A stretch of 63,521 bases of DNA, filler included, from Methanobacteriota archaeon (GCA_024860865.1; 10 parts of 10 records of this genome joined end to end with filler, not necessarily neighbours in it); one strand, 5' to 3'; numbered from the whole stretch's first letter, positions 29,596 to 39,738 are shown. The notes: a model not told the origin generated them from the sequence alone. Made by a program: numbers and translations.

Positions 29596-31980
29596 TTATA
29601 TTACCTCGGGCATGGTTAACAAAGTAGTTCTTGTCGGTTCATCAAAGTCTTTGTTGCGATCAAGTTTGTAAAGATATCCGCTTACAGCGCTTTCAAGAGC
29701 TTCTTCATGGGTTATGAGCAAAATTTGGTTAACTAGTTTAGGCAAGTGATCACGTAATGTTGTAGCGAGATCTTCTATTGCATTTATATCAAGATTATGA
29801 GTAGGTTCATCGAGAACTAACCAACTTAAATTTTGGGCGAGTACAAGTGCAAAAGCAATTCGTAAAGCCAAGCAAGCTGTCGCGCGTTCTCCTCCGCTTG
29901 CACTTCCTTCAACATTAGTCCATCTGCCATTTCGATCTCTAAGTTGAAGAATGTAATCGCCTTTCCTGCCGCGCCCCTCATTCTCGACTGCTAAGCGCAC
30001 GCTTGTGAAATCTTCATATGGATAAAGGTAATGCCAAATCTCGTCCATGACTTCATTTGTAGCTTCAACGAATCTTTCACGAAGGGCAGTCTGAGTGCAT
30101 TCCAATGCTTTCTGGATCACTAATAGCGAGTCAATGGAAGCCGCAAGTTGATTGGTTTCTAGTCTATATCTTTCTAATGTGCTCTTTAATCCAAGTGATC
30201 TTTTCAATAGCTCTTTTTTCGCAGTTAATAATTTTTCCATTGAATTTACTTCTGTTTTAAGTTGTTGCTCCAACTCAATTAGTTTTCTAAATTGCATTTG
30301 AATTTTCGAGAAAGCCACTTCATCAAATTCAATTTGACTAATCTGTTCTAAAGTCTTCTCTAATTCTGATTTCCTATCCTTGAGTTTTAATTTTAATTTT
30401 AGAAAATTTTCAATATGGGTTAAGTTTTGTATCTCTTTTTGTTTAGATTCAATTGAGTTTTCAACTTTTTCTATTTCTTGTTCGATCTTATCGGTCTCAT
30501 TAAGCTTTTGAGCTTTCAGGACTGCTAAACTTGAAAGTTCGTTATTAGCCTTTTGAAGGGATAGTTCAAGTTCAGGTAATTCTGACAATTTTTCTTCAAT
30601 TTTTTCTATTGCTGAGAATTCACTTTGTAAAGCAAAAAGTTGTTCCTTAGCGCCAATAATTTGATTTTTTAGTTCATTAATTTTATACTGTAGCGTTTCA
30701 ATCTGAATTGTTTTTTGCGCAATTAATTTCTCTTTTATCGCGGAAGGGAGCGGAGCATTACAGGTTGGGCATTCAGCTTTGGCTTTCTGAAGGCTAGTTA
30801 CTCCATCTTTAAGCGTTTCAAATAAAGTTCGGTTGCTCTCAAGTTCGCCAATTAATCCTTGTATATTGTCGGTTAGTCTTTCAACTTCTTTAGCTAACTC
30901 TTTACTTGAGCTGTTTTTAAGTTTCTCTCTCAGTTCAACTCTCGCAGCAATTTCTTTTTTAGTTCGAGGTATTTCATTCTCTCCAAAGTACAAAATCTGG
31001 CTTGTAAATTTATTAACATCGGAGGTCAATGATTGTAGCATTTGTCGTTGAATTTTAATTTGTTTTTTCAACTCATCAATCTCAGAAGTTAAACCTACAA
31101 TTTGGTCATTAACATGCTCAAGTGTTAAATCTGGGTCGATTTCGATATTATATGCATTAATCTCTCCGGTTAATTCATCTATTTGATATGATAGAGATCT
31201 GTTCCTTTCTTGAAGAATTTGCAATTGAGTAGCTTGTTGTTTAAGTCGATCAATTTCTTTTTCAAGTTGAATTAGCTTTGGTTCAAGTTCTTCGAGTGCT
31301 TTCATTTTATCTTTTTGCTCGTTCGAGAGCGAGAGCAGTTCTTTTTCAAGTTGAGGGATTTTTAGGATGTTTTCGTCTTTTTCTAGCTCTCGAAGAAGTA
31401 ACTCTCTTGCTACTTTTCTTTCTTGAAGTTGATTGGCAATACCTCCAATGCCTTTTCTAGCTGTTTCAACGCGATCGAGCCTCAGCAACTGGTCGATTTT
31501 ATTTATGCGGTCTCCTTTTGGAATTTCAAGAAAGTAATCGAGCTGATTTTGCTCAGCATAAACTGCCCTGGTAAACAGCTCATATTCCATTCTCAGTAGA
31601 TGTTCAATATACTCAGTAACTTTTTCTGAGTTGGGGCCTTCAAGCAATTGGTTCGTCATTTTCAATCGCAACTCAGAAAGTAATGTTTTATCCCTTGTTA
31701 ACCTTCGTTTTACTGTATATTCTTGGCTATCTGGGGCAATGAAATCAAGTTCGATATCCGCATATTTTTGTTCTTTTGGTTTATTCATTATTATATCGCC
31801 TAATCGAATTTTTCGCTGCTGTAAGTCAGGAAAAGTTCCATAAAGTGCAAAGGTAACAGCATTCATTACTGCTGTTTTTCCCGATCCCATGATCCCTATC
31901 AGAGCATTTGTTCCGGAACTAAACTTAAGTTCAGTTTTCGCATGGCATTTCCAATTTAAAAGCCGTAAACTTGTGATCAA
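29596..31980 (-). CDS. rad50: Rad50 ATPase
   Basis: GIMGSGKT, CPTC zinc hook, ASGGE, LDEPTHNLD, long coiled coils. Confidence 0.93.
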   Translation of the reverse strand: MITSLRLLNWKCHAKTELKFSSGTNALIGIMGSGKTAVMNAVTFALYGTFPDLQQRKIRLGDIIMNKPKEQKYADIELDFIAPDSQEYTVKRRLTRDKTLLSELRLKMTNQLLEGPNSEKVTEYIEHLLRMEYELFTRAVYAEQNQLDYFLEIPKGDRINKIDQLLRLDRVETARKGIGGIANQLQERKVARELLLRELEKDENILKIPQLEKELLSLSNEQKDKMKALEELEPKLIQLEKEIDRLKQQATQLQILQERNRSLSYQIDELTGEINAYNIEIDPDLTLEHVNDQIVGLTSEIDELKKQIKIQRQMLQSLTSDVNKFTSQILYFGENEIPRTKKEIAARVELREKLKNSSSKELAKEVERLTDNIQGLIGELESNRTLFETLKDGVTSLQKAKAECPTCNAPLPSAIKEKLIAQKTIQIETLQYKINELKNQIIGAKEQLFALQSEFSAIEKIEEKLSELPELELSLQKANNELSSLAVLKAQKLNETDKIEQEIEKVENSIESKQKEIQNLTHIENFLKLKLKLKDRKSELEKTLEQISQIEFDEVAFSKIQMQFRKLIELEQQLKTEVNSMEKLLTAKKELLKRSLGLKSTLERYRLETNQLAASIDSLLVIQKALECTQTALRERFVEATNEVMDEIWHYLYPYEDFTSVRLAVENEGRGRKGDYILQLRDRNGRWTNVEGSASGGERATACLALRIAFALVLAQNLSWLVLDEPTHNLDINAIEDLATTLRDHLPKLVNQILLITHEEALESAVSGYLYKLDRNKDFDEPTRTTLLTMPEVI

Positions 31981-33296
31981 GTTTCGACACCATTTATCTG
32001 TTTAATCGAAGTCAGCAGCTGAGAATCTAACCTTTTTTCGAGGTCATTCAGCACTATTTGAAGTGCTTCTTCAGTCTTTCCTTCTGAAAGCAAGGCAAAG
32101 AGTTTTTCAACATCATATATGCCGTTATAACCAAGTTTAGTAAGATTTTCTTTAAGGAGCTCTAAGCCCATTTCTTCAACTGAAAGCCTTCGTTCTCTAA
32201 TCTCTTGCAGGATTTTAATTTTCTCTGAAAGTTCAGGAGCAACAAGTTTCTCTTTATTGACTGAAATTATTGCATGGGATTTATATCCTTCAATCAGTTG
32301 ATGTAAACCAACATCATTTTTTCCAAATCCCTTGGCGAGAGAGCCAGTTAATTTAAGTCTTATAAGAGGAATCTTGCTCTGATTTTCTCTGGGCCTTTGT
32401 AACAATTCTTTAACTTTTAACTCGCAAGTTTTTAAAACTTCATTTGGAGTCGCTTGATTAAAGGATATCGTCTCATGGAAAAAGTCGCGCAATTTGTTGA
32501 GTTTAATAAATTCTATTTTATTTTGTTTATCAATGTCTATGACAAAGAAACCTTTTGATATTTTAGCTTCTTGTTCAGTTAATTGTGTTCTTAAAGTACC
32601 TCCTGGAAAAACTATTGGAGTGCCAGTTTTTGGGTGTTTCTCTTTAATAGGGAGATGGATATGTCCACAAACTATTAAATCAAAACCTGTTGGCAAGTCT
32701 TCAAGTGCCAGAGTAGGTTCTTCCTCGTTGGAATATATATACGGTTGAATTGATTGATGTAGCAGAAGGATATTAATCGCATTTTCAATCGGCTTTGGAC
32801 TCCATGTTTGGAGTACAATTTTTGCATAGTGTTCTGGGACATTGCTCATTCCATGAAGTGCAATTTTAGTTCCGTTTAAGCTCAAAAGAATTGAATTACA
32901 ATGAAGATGAGTGAGGAATCCAGCTGATTCAAGTGTTTGAATTGGATTAATAGTATTTTTTATTCGACGTTCATGATTCCCATGTAAAGCAAAGATTGGA
33001 ATTCCAAAAAATGCAAGCTGAGATACTTCATCGAGATTTTTCCTAGATGTGGAAATAATTTTAATAGCATTAGTTTTTTCAACCAATGTCTTACTTAGGA
33101 TTTTCATCGCGCGAATTAGAATTTCTGGAGGGGGTAATCGGCTATCAAAAAGGTCTCCGGTTAGTATTATTAGATCCGATTTTTCTTGGATCGATTTTTC
33201 GATAGCTTCTAATGCCTGTTCAAATGAATCTTCTTGTCTAGGGGTATTCCAACCAAACCCCAAATGAAAATCAGATAAAACAGCAATTCGGACCAT
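31977..33296 (-). CDS. mre11: Mre11 nuclease
   Basis: SDFHLG, GDLFD, HGNHE, GHIH; coupled to rad50. Confidence 0.93.
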   Translation of the reverse strand: MVRIAVLSDFHLGFGWNTPRQEDSFEQALEAIEKSIQEKSDLIILTGDLFDSRLPPPEILIRAMKILSKTLVEKTNAIKIISTSRKNLDEVSQLAFFGIPIFALHGNHERRIKNTINPIQTLESAGFLTHLHCNSILLSLNGTKIALHGMSNVPEHYAKIVLQTWSPKPIENAINILLLHQSIQPYIYSNEEEPTLALEDLPTGFDLIVCGHIHLPIKEKHPKTGTPIVFPGGTLRTQLTEQEAKISKGFFVIDIDKQNKIEFIKLNKLRDFFHETISFNQATPNEVLKTCELKVKELLQRPRENQSKIPLIRLKLTGSLAKGFGKNDVGLHQLIEGYKSHAIISVNKEKLVAPELSEKIKILQEIRERRLSVEEMGLELLKENLTKLGYNGIYDVEKLFALLSEGKTEEALQIVLNDLEKRLDSQLLTSIKQINGVET

Positions 33297-33451
33297 TTTC
33301 TAACCTGTCGGGAGGCTTAAAAAGTTGGTTTGAATTTGTTGGGATTGTGAAAATAAGAGATAGCGATTTTTTTAATTCTGCTAATTTTTCCCATACTTCT
33401 CCAATTGCCAATCCTTCTCCTCACTTTAAAGAGCTACTTTTTTCTTTATTT

Positions 33452-34396
33452 TCAGAAATCTCTGATTCCCTCTTCACATATCTTGAAAATAGCTTCCCCC
33501 TCAGGTAGTGCTGGGTGATCAACCAATCTTGCAATTCTCTTTCCGCCTTTGCTTTTCCGCAGGTAAAGTCGAGCAGTTGATTGGTGAGCTAAGATATGGC
33601 CGCCGATTGGGGCAGTAGGGTCTCCAAAGAAAATATCAGGTCGCGCAAGAACTTGATTAGTTACAAAAACGGCCATATCGTAGATGTCAGCTAGTTTGTG
33701 AATTGTTGCTAAGTGTCGGCCAAGTCTTTGCTGCCTTTCTGCCAGCATACTTCGGCCGGTATATTCTCCTCTAAACTTTGAAGTCAAAGAATCGATGACT
33801 AAGAGTTTTACGTTATGAGATTTAATCAGCTCTTCAGCTTTTTCAGTCAACAAAACTTGGTGATCTGAACTATAAGCGCGGGCTACAAAGATGTTTTTCA
33901 ATATAGTGTTTGGATCGAGTCCAATTGCAGTTACCATTTGAGCTAATCGTTCGGGTCTGAACGTGCCCTCTGTATCGATGTAGATAGCAGTTGCTTCTAA
34001 TCCCCCCTCTTTTTTTGGAAGTTGAACATTAACCGCAAGTTGGTGCGCAATCTGGGTCTTACCAGAGCCGTATTCACCGTAAACTTCTGTTATTGCTTGA
34101 GTTTCAATTCCTCCTCCAACTAACTCATCTAAAGCCTTGCTCCCTGTGTATAGTCTACCAATAGCCTTTCGCTTTTCGAGGAACTCATCTCCTCGGATAA
34201 ATCCCATATCAAAGGCTTCTCTTGCAGCTTGAATAATTTTTAAAGCTGTAGCTTCACCAATTTCTGAAATTTCCATTAATTCAGCTGGAGTTGCAACTGC
34301 GACTGATTCAACATTAATGTAACCTGCAGCAATGAGTTTTTCAGCGGTAGCAGGCCCGACTCCGGGCAAGTCGTCAATTCTATTTATTTTTGGCAT
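33452..34396 (-). CDS. radA: Recombinase RadA
   Basis: LPGVGP Hh[26 protein letters not shown]. Confidence 0.97.
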   Translation of the reverse strand: MPKINRIDDLPGVGPATAEKLIAAGYINVESVAVATPAELMEISEIGEATALKIIQAAREAFDMGFIRGDEFLEKRKAIGRLYTGSKALDELVGGGIETQAITEVYGEYGSGKTQIAHQLAVNVQLPKKEGGLEATAIYIDTEGTFRPERLAQMVTAIGLDPNTILKNIFVARAYSSDHQVLLTEKAEELIKSHNVKLLVIDSLTSKFRGEYTGRSMLAERQQRLGRHLATIHKLADIYDMAVFVTNQVLARPDIFFGDPTAPIGGHILAHQSTARLYLRKSKGGKRIARLVDHPALPEGEAIFKICEEGIRDF

Positions 34397-34679
34397 CGGT
34401 AACTTCTCCTCCATTCCAAACTTCAATTAAGTGCTTGAGAGCTTGAGCACGGACATGTGTATTTTTGAACTTATAAATTTTGATCCTACCAAATTCTTTT
34501 TTTTCAACCAACTCTGCTTTTTCAAGAGCTCCTAAATGACTAATTGTAGTTGAATGATTGAGCTCGGCAAGCTCAGCAATTTTTGATATGTTAAGCTCTC
34601 CTTGTTCAGCGAGAATTCGAATAATTTTTACACGACCTCTTGAGTTTAGCACGTCTTCAACCATCATTTTTTTATCCAT
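34380..34679 (-). CDS. Winged-helix protein coupled to cdc6
   Basis: [28 protein letters not shown]. Confidence 0.8.
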   Translation of the reverse strand: MDKKMMVEDVLNSRGRVKIIRILAEQGELNISKIAELAELNHSTTISHLGALEKAELVEKKEFGRIKIYKFKNTHVRAQALKHLIEVWNGGEVTDAKNK

Positions 34680-35868
34680 TCTTACCCTCCAAAAGCAATT
34701 GCGTAAGTTTTTGTTCAAGAACTGCTGCTGGCACATCAGGCAGGCTTATTTGACTGCTGTTTCCGCGTTTACCTTCCCCTGTGAGTGCTGTTGTGATAAT
34801 CCCATTTTTCTCGAGTTCCTTAAGGTATTCCCAAACTTGTGTATGAGATCTCGGCGTTTCATTATATTCCTCACAAACTACTCTATAAGAACCAATGATC
34901 TCTCCTGTAAAGGCATAAGCTCGCTTTGTATTTTTTAGATAGCGCACAATAGTGAGCAAAAGCAATTTTTCTTGAAAATCGAGTTCGCGCAAAATTTCTT
35001 CTCTAATCTCAGGATGAGTTTCAGCTTTTGCCTGGCGGACATATTCTGGCAAAACCAAAGTTGAACTGAATCCGTCAGCAAGTTTTCCAGCGCGCCAAAG
35101 TAGCTCAAGTGCATATCTAGCATCTCCCCATTCTGAAGCTATATCAGCTATTAGCGGGAGCACATCTCCGTGCAATACTCCTAAATGAAATGCTTCTTCA
35201 GCTCTAAATTTTAGAATGTCTTGAAGTTGGCTCGCATTATACTTTTGTAAGTAAACTATGTTCTCTTTAAGAGTGCTCAGTGTTGCTAAATCTAATCCTT
35301 GCCTAAAAGCTAAGTCTCGGACAATTCCTATTAGAGAAAGCCTTTGTTTAGTTAACCTAGAAGTCTCTGCACTTCTACATAAGGTATAGACTAAGTCTGG
35401 ACCATTTCTTGAAACAAAATAATCGAGCTCATCGAGTGCTAAAATTAAAAATCGATTTTGGGATTCAAAATAATCTAATAATGTATCTAGCAATTCTTCG
35501 ACTGAATAACCCCTGGTTTGAATAGTCGGAATAAATGTTTTGAGTATAGAATGCATGACTGAAAAAGTTGTTTTCCATTGGCGGCAGTTGGTATGAACAT
35601 AATCGATTTTAATGTTTCTGCGCTGTGCAACTTTTGTGAATTCTTCACCAAATTTTTTTGCAACAACTGTTTTGCCGGTTCCAATGCTTCCAGTAATTAA
35701 AGCTATTTGTGAGACTTCTTTTTCGATCAATGCTTTGAAAATTTGAGCGAGTTGTCTTTGTTCTTTTTCGCGATGAGGAAGTTGGGGAGGAATATAATCT
35801 GATGAGAGTTTGCTTTCATCTCTGAAAACAGTTGGGCGGCTCAGCTCTTCTTCGACTATGTCAATCAT
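34672..35868 (-). CDS. cdc6: Orc1/Cdc6 replication initiator
   Basis: YIPPQLPHRE, GSIGTGKT, LDELD, GDARYALELL, C-terminal wHTH. Confidence 0.95.
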   Translation of the reverse strand: MIDIVEEELSRPTVFRDESKLSSDYIPPQLPHREKEQRQLAQIFKALIEKEVSQIALITGSIGTGKTVVAKKFGEEFTKVAQRRNIKIDYVHTNCRQWKTTFSVMHSILKTFIPTIQTRGYSVEELLDTLLDYFESQNRFLILALDELDYFVSRNGPDLVYTLCRSAETSRLTKQRLSLIGIVRDLAFRQGLDLATLSTLKENIVYLQKYNASQLQDILKFRAEEAFHLGVLHGDVLPLIADIASEWGDARYALELLWRAGKLADGFSSTLVLPEYVRQAKAETHPEIREEILRELDFQEKLLLLTIVRYLKNTKRAYAFTGEIIGSYRVVCEEYNETPRSHTQVWEYLKELEKNGIITTALTGEGKRGNSSQISLPDVPAAVLEQKLTQLLLEGKNG

Positions 35869-36192
35869 AGCAACCGAATTAATTAGAAACTCGGACAGTT
35901 ATATTATTTTCGTTTTTTGTACGATTAAAAATACAAAGAGGGAGAGGGGTGACCGGAAGTATTCCGAACTTACATCCACTTGGCAATTAATAAATCGAAA
36001 AATTTGTGACCTTTTATCCGGCGGAAAGGCTTAGTTGAGATCTAAGAAATCAAAGGCCAAACCCAATAATTGTAATAGAATCAAGTGCACGGCTATGAAG
36101 CCATTAACACCTTAGGGAAGATGATGGAGCAATTACCCAAGTAGCTTTTTTGCTATTAAATAAGTGGTCATTTAGAAAGATGTACAACAAAA

Positions 36193-36564
36193 CTAATCTA
36201 TCGCTGCTTTCTTAGTTTTTTCGATTTTTTTACTGTACTGCCCACAAGATGGACAAAAAGCATCAATATTTGCCATTCTAGCACCACAGAAAGAACAGAA
36301 CTTTATTACTGGAGCATGAGTCTGAGTCGGAAGAGTAGGGGTTAAAGGAGCTGGCTTACGAGTTACAGCTATTTCTCCTAAAATTACAGCTATTCCTCCT
36401 ATTAATGCTATAGCGGACAAAAATAGAAATATTAAAAATATCGACCAACCAAAAAGAGAATATATCCCACCTGGTCCAGATGTATAAAAATCAACGAGCG
36501 AAATAATTCCAAGTATTCCTACAGCAAGTAGAACCGAGGCAATAGCTATATCAGAAGCTTTAAT
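36193..36564 (-). CDS. Membrane protein with C-terminal zinc ribbon, probable ATT start
   Basis: Frame extends 48 codons above the called TTG through hydrophobic segments to ATT after GAGGGGG; CSFCG...CPSCG. Confidence 0.7.
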   Translation of the reverse strand: MKASDIAIASVLLAVGILGIISLVDFYTSGPGGIYSLFGWSIFLIFLFLSAIALIGGIAVILGEIAVTRKPAPLTPTLPTQTHAPVIKFCSFCGARMANIDAFCPSCGQYSKKIEKTKKAAID

Positions 36565-37164
36565 AGAGACCCCCTCAAAGATGGCGATGTTATAAGTTAT
36601 TTGTTATAATTGAAAATTATCAAGCTTTTGAATTGAAACTATGTCTGACAGCACTTTCTTGAAATTAATCTAAATGGCTTTTTGGTATTCTTTTTTGGAT
36701 AATTATCACTTAACAAAAACAGGACTAAGTTCATTACTCTGAGCAAGTGGGCATCTTTGTTTAAACTTAATATTTACTGTTAGCAAGGAGATAAGTTACT
36801 ATGGATAGTATAATCTATCAAAAATCACGACTTTTGTAGTTAGGCGATTAGATTAAAGCAACTCTAACATTGATGATGAAATAAAACGCTATTATTATTA
36901 GCGCAGCAGTATAAACTAACAAGAACAGAATTAAATANNNNNNNNNNNNNNNNNNNNNNNNNNNNNNNNNNNNNNNNNNNNTTAATTAATTAANNNNNNN
37001 NNNNNNNNNNNNNNNNNNNNNNNNNNNNNNNNNNNNNGCTGCTTCATGGCACTTAATTGTGTCTCCACTTAAAATCATTTTGTATTTCCTTGCCATGTTT
37101 AAATAAATTACATGCTGAAAAAAATCATACGTGAGTTGACAGTACATCAATTTTATAAAATCTT

Positions 37165-37307
37165 TCGCAAGAATACATCTTTGCTTTAGCTGAGTGATGA
37201 ATTGCGATTAGCTACCCAAAGAGGTAGCGCTTTTTCTTTGCTACTTTCTTTGAAGAAAAAGAAAGTAGATAAAAGTTTCTTTGGTTCTTTCTTTTCAAAG
37301 AAAGAAC
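37165..37307 (+). mobile_element. IS200-type end and hairpin cluster upstream of tnpA
   Basis: TCGCAA..GCTTTAGC..TTGCGA 37165-37207; GCTACC/GGTAGC 37211-37228; CTACTTTCTTT/AAAGAAAGTAG 37241-37268; GTTCTTTCTTT/AAAGAAAGAAC 37284-37307. Confidence 0.7.
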
Positions 37308-37362
37308 GAATCGAAATTAATTTTTGAAACTAAATAATAAAATTGGATTGGAGGTGTTTTGA

Positions 37363-37875
37363 ATGGAACTCCAATCCAACAACCACTCTTTTGGCGAGGC
37401 AAACTTCCACATAGTGTTTTGCCCAAAATATCGCCATAAGATTTTTGAAAATGAAGAGGTAAATAAAGCCTGCGAAATGTTCCTCAAAGAAGCTGCAGAG
37501 AGGCATGGGATCAGAGTCCGAGCTTTAAAAGTAATAAAAGACCATGTGCATGGATTCATAACAACAAAGCCAAGCCAGTCGGTCTCATGGGCAGTTCATA
37601 AGCTGAAGGGATATTCAGCATATAAGCTTTTCAGAGAATTTCCATGGCTTAGGATCGAGCATTTTAGGAGAGGACACTTTTGGTCTGATGGCTATTTCTA
37701 TAGATCAGTTGGAAGTACAACTGACAAAGCAGTTGAATTCTACATAAAACTGAGCCAGGACGAAGAAAATAGAAAGAAATACTATTCTCAAGTTGGAAAA
37801 GAAGAAATCGAGCTAGTTAAAAATCCATCAAAAGGTAGTTATGCAACAAAGCAACTTCCACCATTATTCTTCTAA
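37363..37875 (+). CDS. tnpA: IS200/IS605 Y1 transposase TnpA; 3' end runs into the IS110 gene
   Basis: HIVFCPKYR, DHVH (HUH), FWSDGYF, catalytic Y in FYIKLSQ. Confidence 0.92.
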   Translation: MELQSNNHSFGEANFHIVFCPKYRHKIFENEEVNKACEMFLKEAAERHGIRVRALKVIKDHVHGFITTKPSQSVSWAVHKLKGYSAYKLFREFPWLRIEHFRRGHFWSDGYFYRSVGSTTDKAVEFYIKLSQDEENRKKYYSQVGKEEIELVKNPSKGSYATKQLPPLFF

Positions 37876-38779
37876 GCCACTTTGAACCCTTTTTTGTTAT
37901 ATATCCAGTTAAATTTTTTCCACCTGATTGGTAAACGCTTGGAGCTAAACCAGACCAGCTAGTCAGCTTCTTTTGATTTGGAAACCTTTTAGGATCTCCA
38001 ATTTCAGCAATTATTGTTGGAGCAGAATTTTTTCCTATCCCTGGAACCTTGCAGAGAATCTTAAGCTGTTTTTTGCAAACTAACTTTGCAATTGCAGCTT
38101 CAATTTCCTTTATTTTTTCATCAATAGCTTTTATCATTTCAATGCATTCTTTTAAAATGAAAACATCTACTTTGCTCAGCTCTCCCCTTATTGCCTTTAT
38201 TATCTCCTCTTTCTTCTTTTTTATCCTGCCATTTCTTTCAACTATTTCCTCTATTTTCTCTCCTTGCATTATCCCTTGCAATATTTCTAATCCAGATTTT
38301 CCAAAAATATCATCTAGAACGCTTGCCAATTTGATGTTTGTCCTCTCCAATACTTTGTGAATTCTATTTTTGAATGCTGTTCTATTCTGAACTAGTTTAG
38401 CTCTAAGCCTTGTTAATTCTCTCAGCTCTCTGATCTTTTTCTTTGGAATGTAAGAAGGCTTGATTAAATTGTTTTTTAGGAGTTGAGCAATCCATTCTGA
38501 GTCTAAAGTATCTGTTTTTCTTCCAGGAATGCTTTTTATCTGATAAGAATTTGCAATTATGACTTTAAAACCTTCTTCTAAAGCAACGTATAAAGGAACC
38601 CAATAAACTCCTGAGCTTTCCATTGCAACTTTTTTGCATTTGTTTTCTTTCAGCCATTCTTTTAGAGCCAGTATTCCCTCTGTGTTGTTTTCGAACCTTC
38701 TTGTTTCTTTTTCACTGCTGAGCAAAGTGGCTATAAAAAAATCTTTGTGTACATCTAGGCCGCAAAATTTATTGCCCAT
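37817..38779 (-). CDS. IS110-family recombinase, C-terminally truncated
   Basis: GLDVH, MESSG, KTDTLD (DEDD); PGIG; SGLAPSVYQSGG; family pattern stops after LRRIMVEVA. Confidence 0.92.
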   Translation of the reverse strand: MGNKFCGLDVHKDFFIATLLSSEKETRRFENNTEGILALKEWLKENKCKKVAMESSGVYWVPLYVALEEGFKVIIANSYQIKSIPGRKTDTLDSEWIAQLLKNNLIKPSYIPKKKIRELRELTRLRAKLVQNRTAFKNRIHKVLERTNIKLASVLDDIFGKSGLEILQGIMQGEKIEEIVERNGRIKKKKEEIIKAIRGELSKVDVFILKECIEMIKAIDEKIKEIEAAIAKLVCKKQLKILCKVPGIGKNSAPTIIAEIGDPKRFPNQKKLTSWSGLAPSVYQSGGKNLTGYITKKGSKWLRRIMVEVALLHNYLLMDF

Positions 38780-38797
38780 TAAACCACCTTTTAATTT

Positions 38798-38930
38798 GTG
38801 TGCAGAGAAGCCTTTGTTTAGAATCAAGTTGCTATTCGGGCTCTAGGCCCATTAATCTAAACGAAAGGCAAGCCACGTTTTTTCTTGGGGATCAAAGTCC
38901 CAAACGCAAAACCGGCCTTTCTCTGCACAC
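38798..38930 (-). ncRNA. Candidate IS110 bridge RNA
   Basis: 12-bp closing stem GTGTGCAGAGAA/TTCTCTGCACAC enclosing two stem-internal loop-hairpin arms, immediately 5' of the recombinase. Confidence 0.7.
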
Positions 38931-39212
38931 TAAAAGAAGTTGGGAAACAGCAGCAAAATCTTTCTCATTTATTTTTTCTAACGGCGCAGCCGATGTAGCG
39001 TTTTTTTGAGACTACTTATTAGAGCCCAAAATGGCCGTTAAGTCTACTTTTGCACTCATTTTTTCAGCCGAGAATAGAAATACCATCAGAGCTTGACTTG
39101 TCAAAAAATTTTATCTCAATGGCTCAGTAAAGTTTAAGAATTTCCATCTTTTCTGACTGTATTCTGACGTACGTTGGACAATTTCTTTCAAAAAGTTAGA
39201 AAATTGAATTTG

Positions 39213-39227
39213 AAAAAAACGCAAAAC
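39213..39227. other. Intact site AAAAAAA-CG-CAAAAC matching the first loop of the candidate bridge RNA
   Basis: Loop strands GTTTTGCG and AAAAAACG reconstruct GTTTTG-CG-TTTTTT, the reverse complement of this site. Confidence 0.55.
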
Positions 39228-39327
39228 TTTAGTAATATTTTAAAACTATTGGAAATTTTAGCTTTTGTTTATGTAGCCCAGTAAACCAGATTTTGATGTT
39301 TAACATTACTACTTTTGATGCTAGAGG

Positions 39328-39738
39328 CTAACGGAGAATATGCGCCAGGTATATTGCCAAAAAAATTGCTACTGAAATAATTAAACCAGCCACAAGTATA
39401 TCAAGCAGCACAGATGGGCGATAGTAAACATCTGCTTCAATTTGACGTTTAATCATCAAAAATCGATATGCCGCCAACAGCATTATTATAGCCCCAACAA
39501 TAACCAATGCAATCCCTAGAATACTTGGAATATCCATTGAAGGTGTAGGTGGAAGTTTTTTTATCCCACCTAGGATCGCAAGTTGTTGAAGGAATATATC
39601 AAACCTTTCTATTATAAAACCAAAAGCCATAATAGCTACACTTGTGCGCACCCAAGCCAAAAAAGTACGTTCATTAGCGAAGTGCACCCTTCGATGAAAA
39701 TGCACTTCCTCTACTCTTTTCCCTGCTTCAGAGTCCAT
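39328..39738 (-). CDS. DUF202/YidH membrane protein
   Basis: FANERTFLAWVRT. Confidence 0.9.
   Translation of the reverse strand: MDSEAGKRVEEVHFHRRVHFANERTFLAWVRTSVAIMAFGFIIERFDIFLQQLAILGGIKKLPPTPSMDIPSILGIALVIVGAIIMLLAAYRFLMIKRQIEADVYYRPSVLLDILVAGLIISVAIFLAIYLAHILR

Noticed and set aside
39020-39027. TAGAGCCC matching arm 2 of the candidate bridge RNA
   Set aside because: Matches a hairpin stem rather than a guide loop and has no CG core; probably chance.
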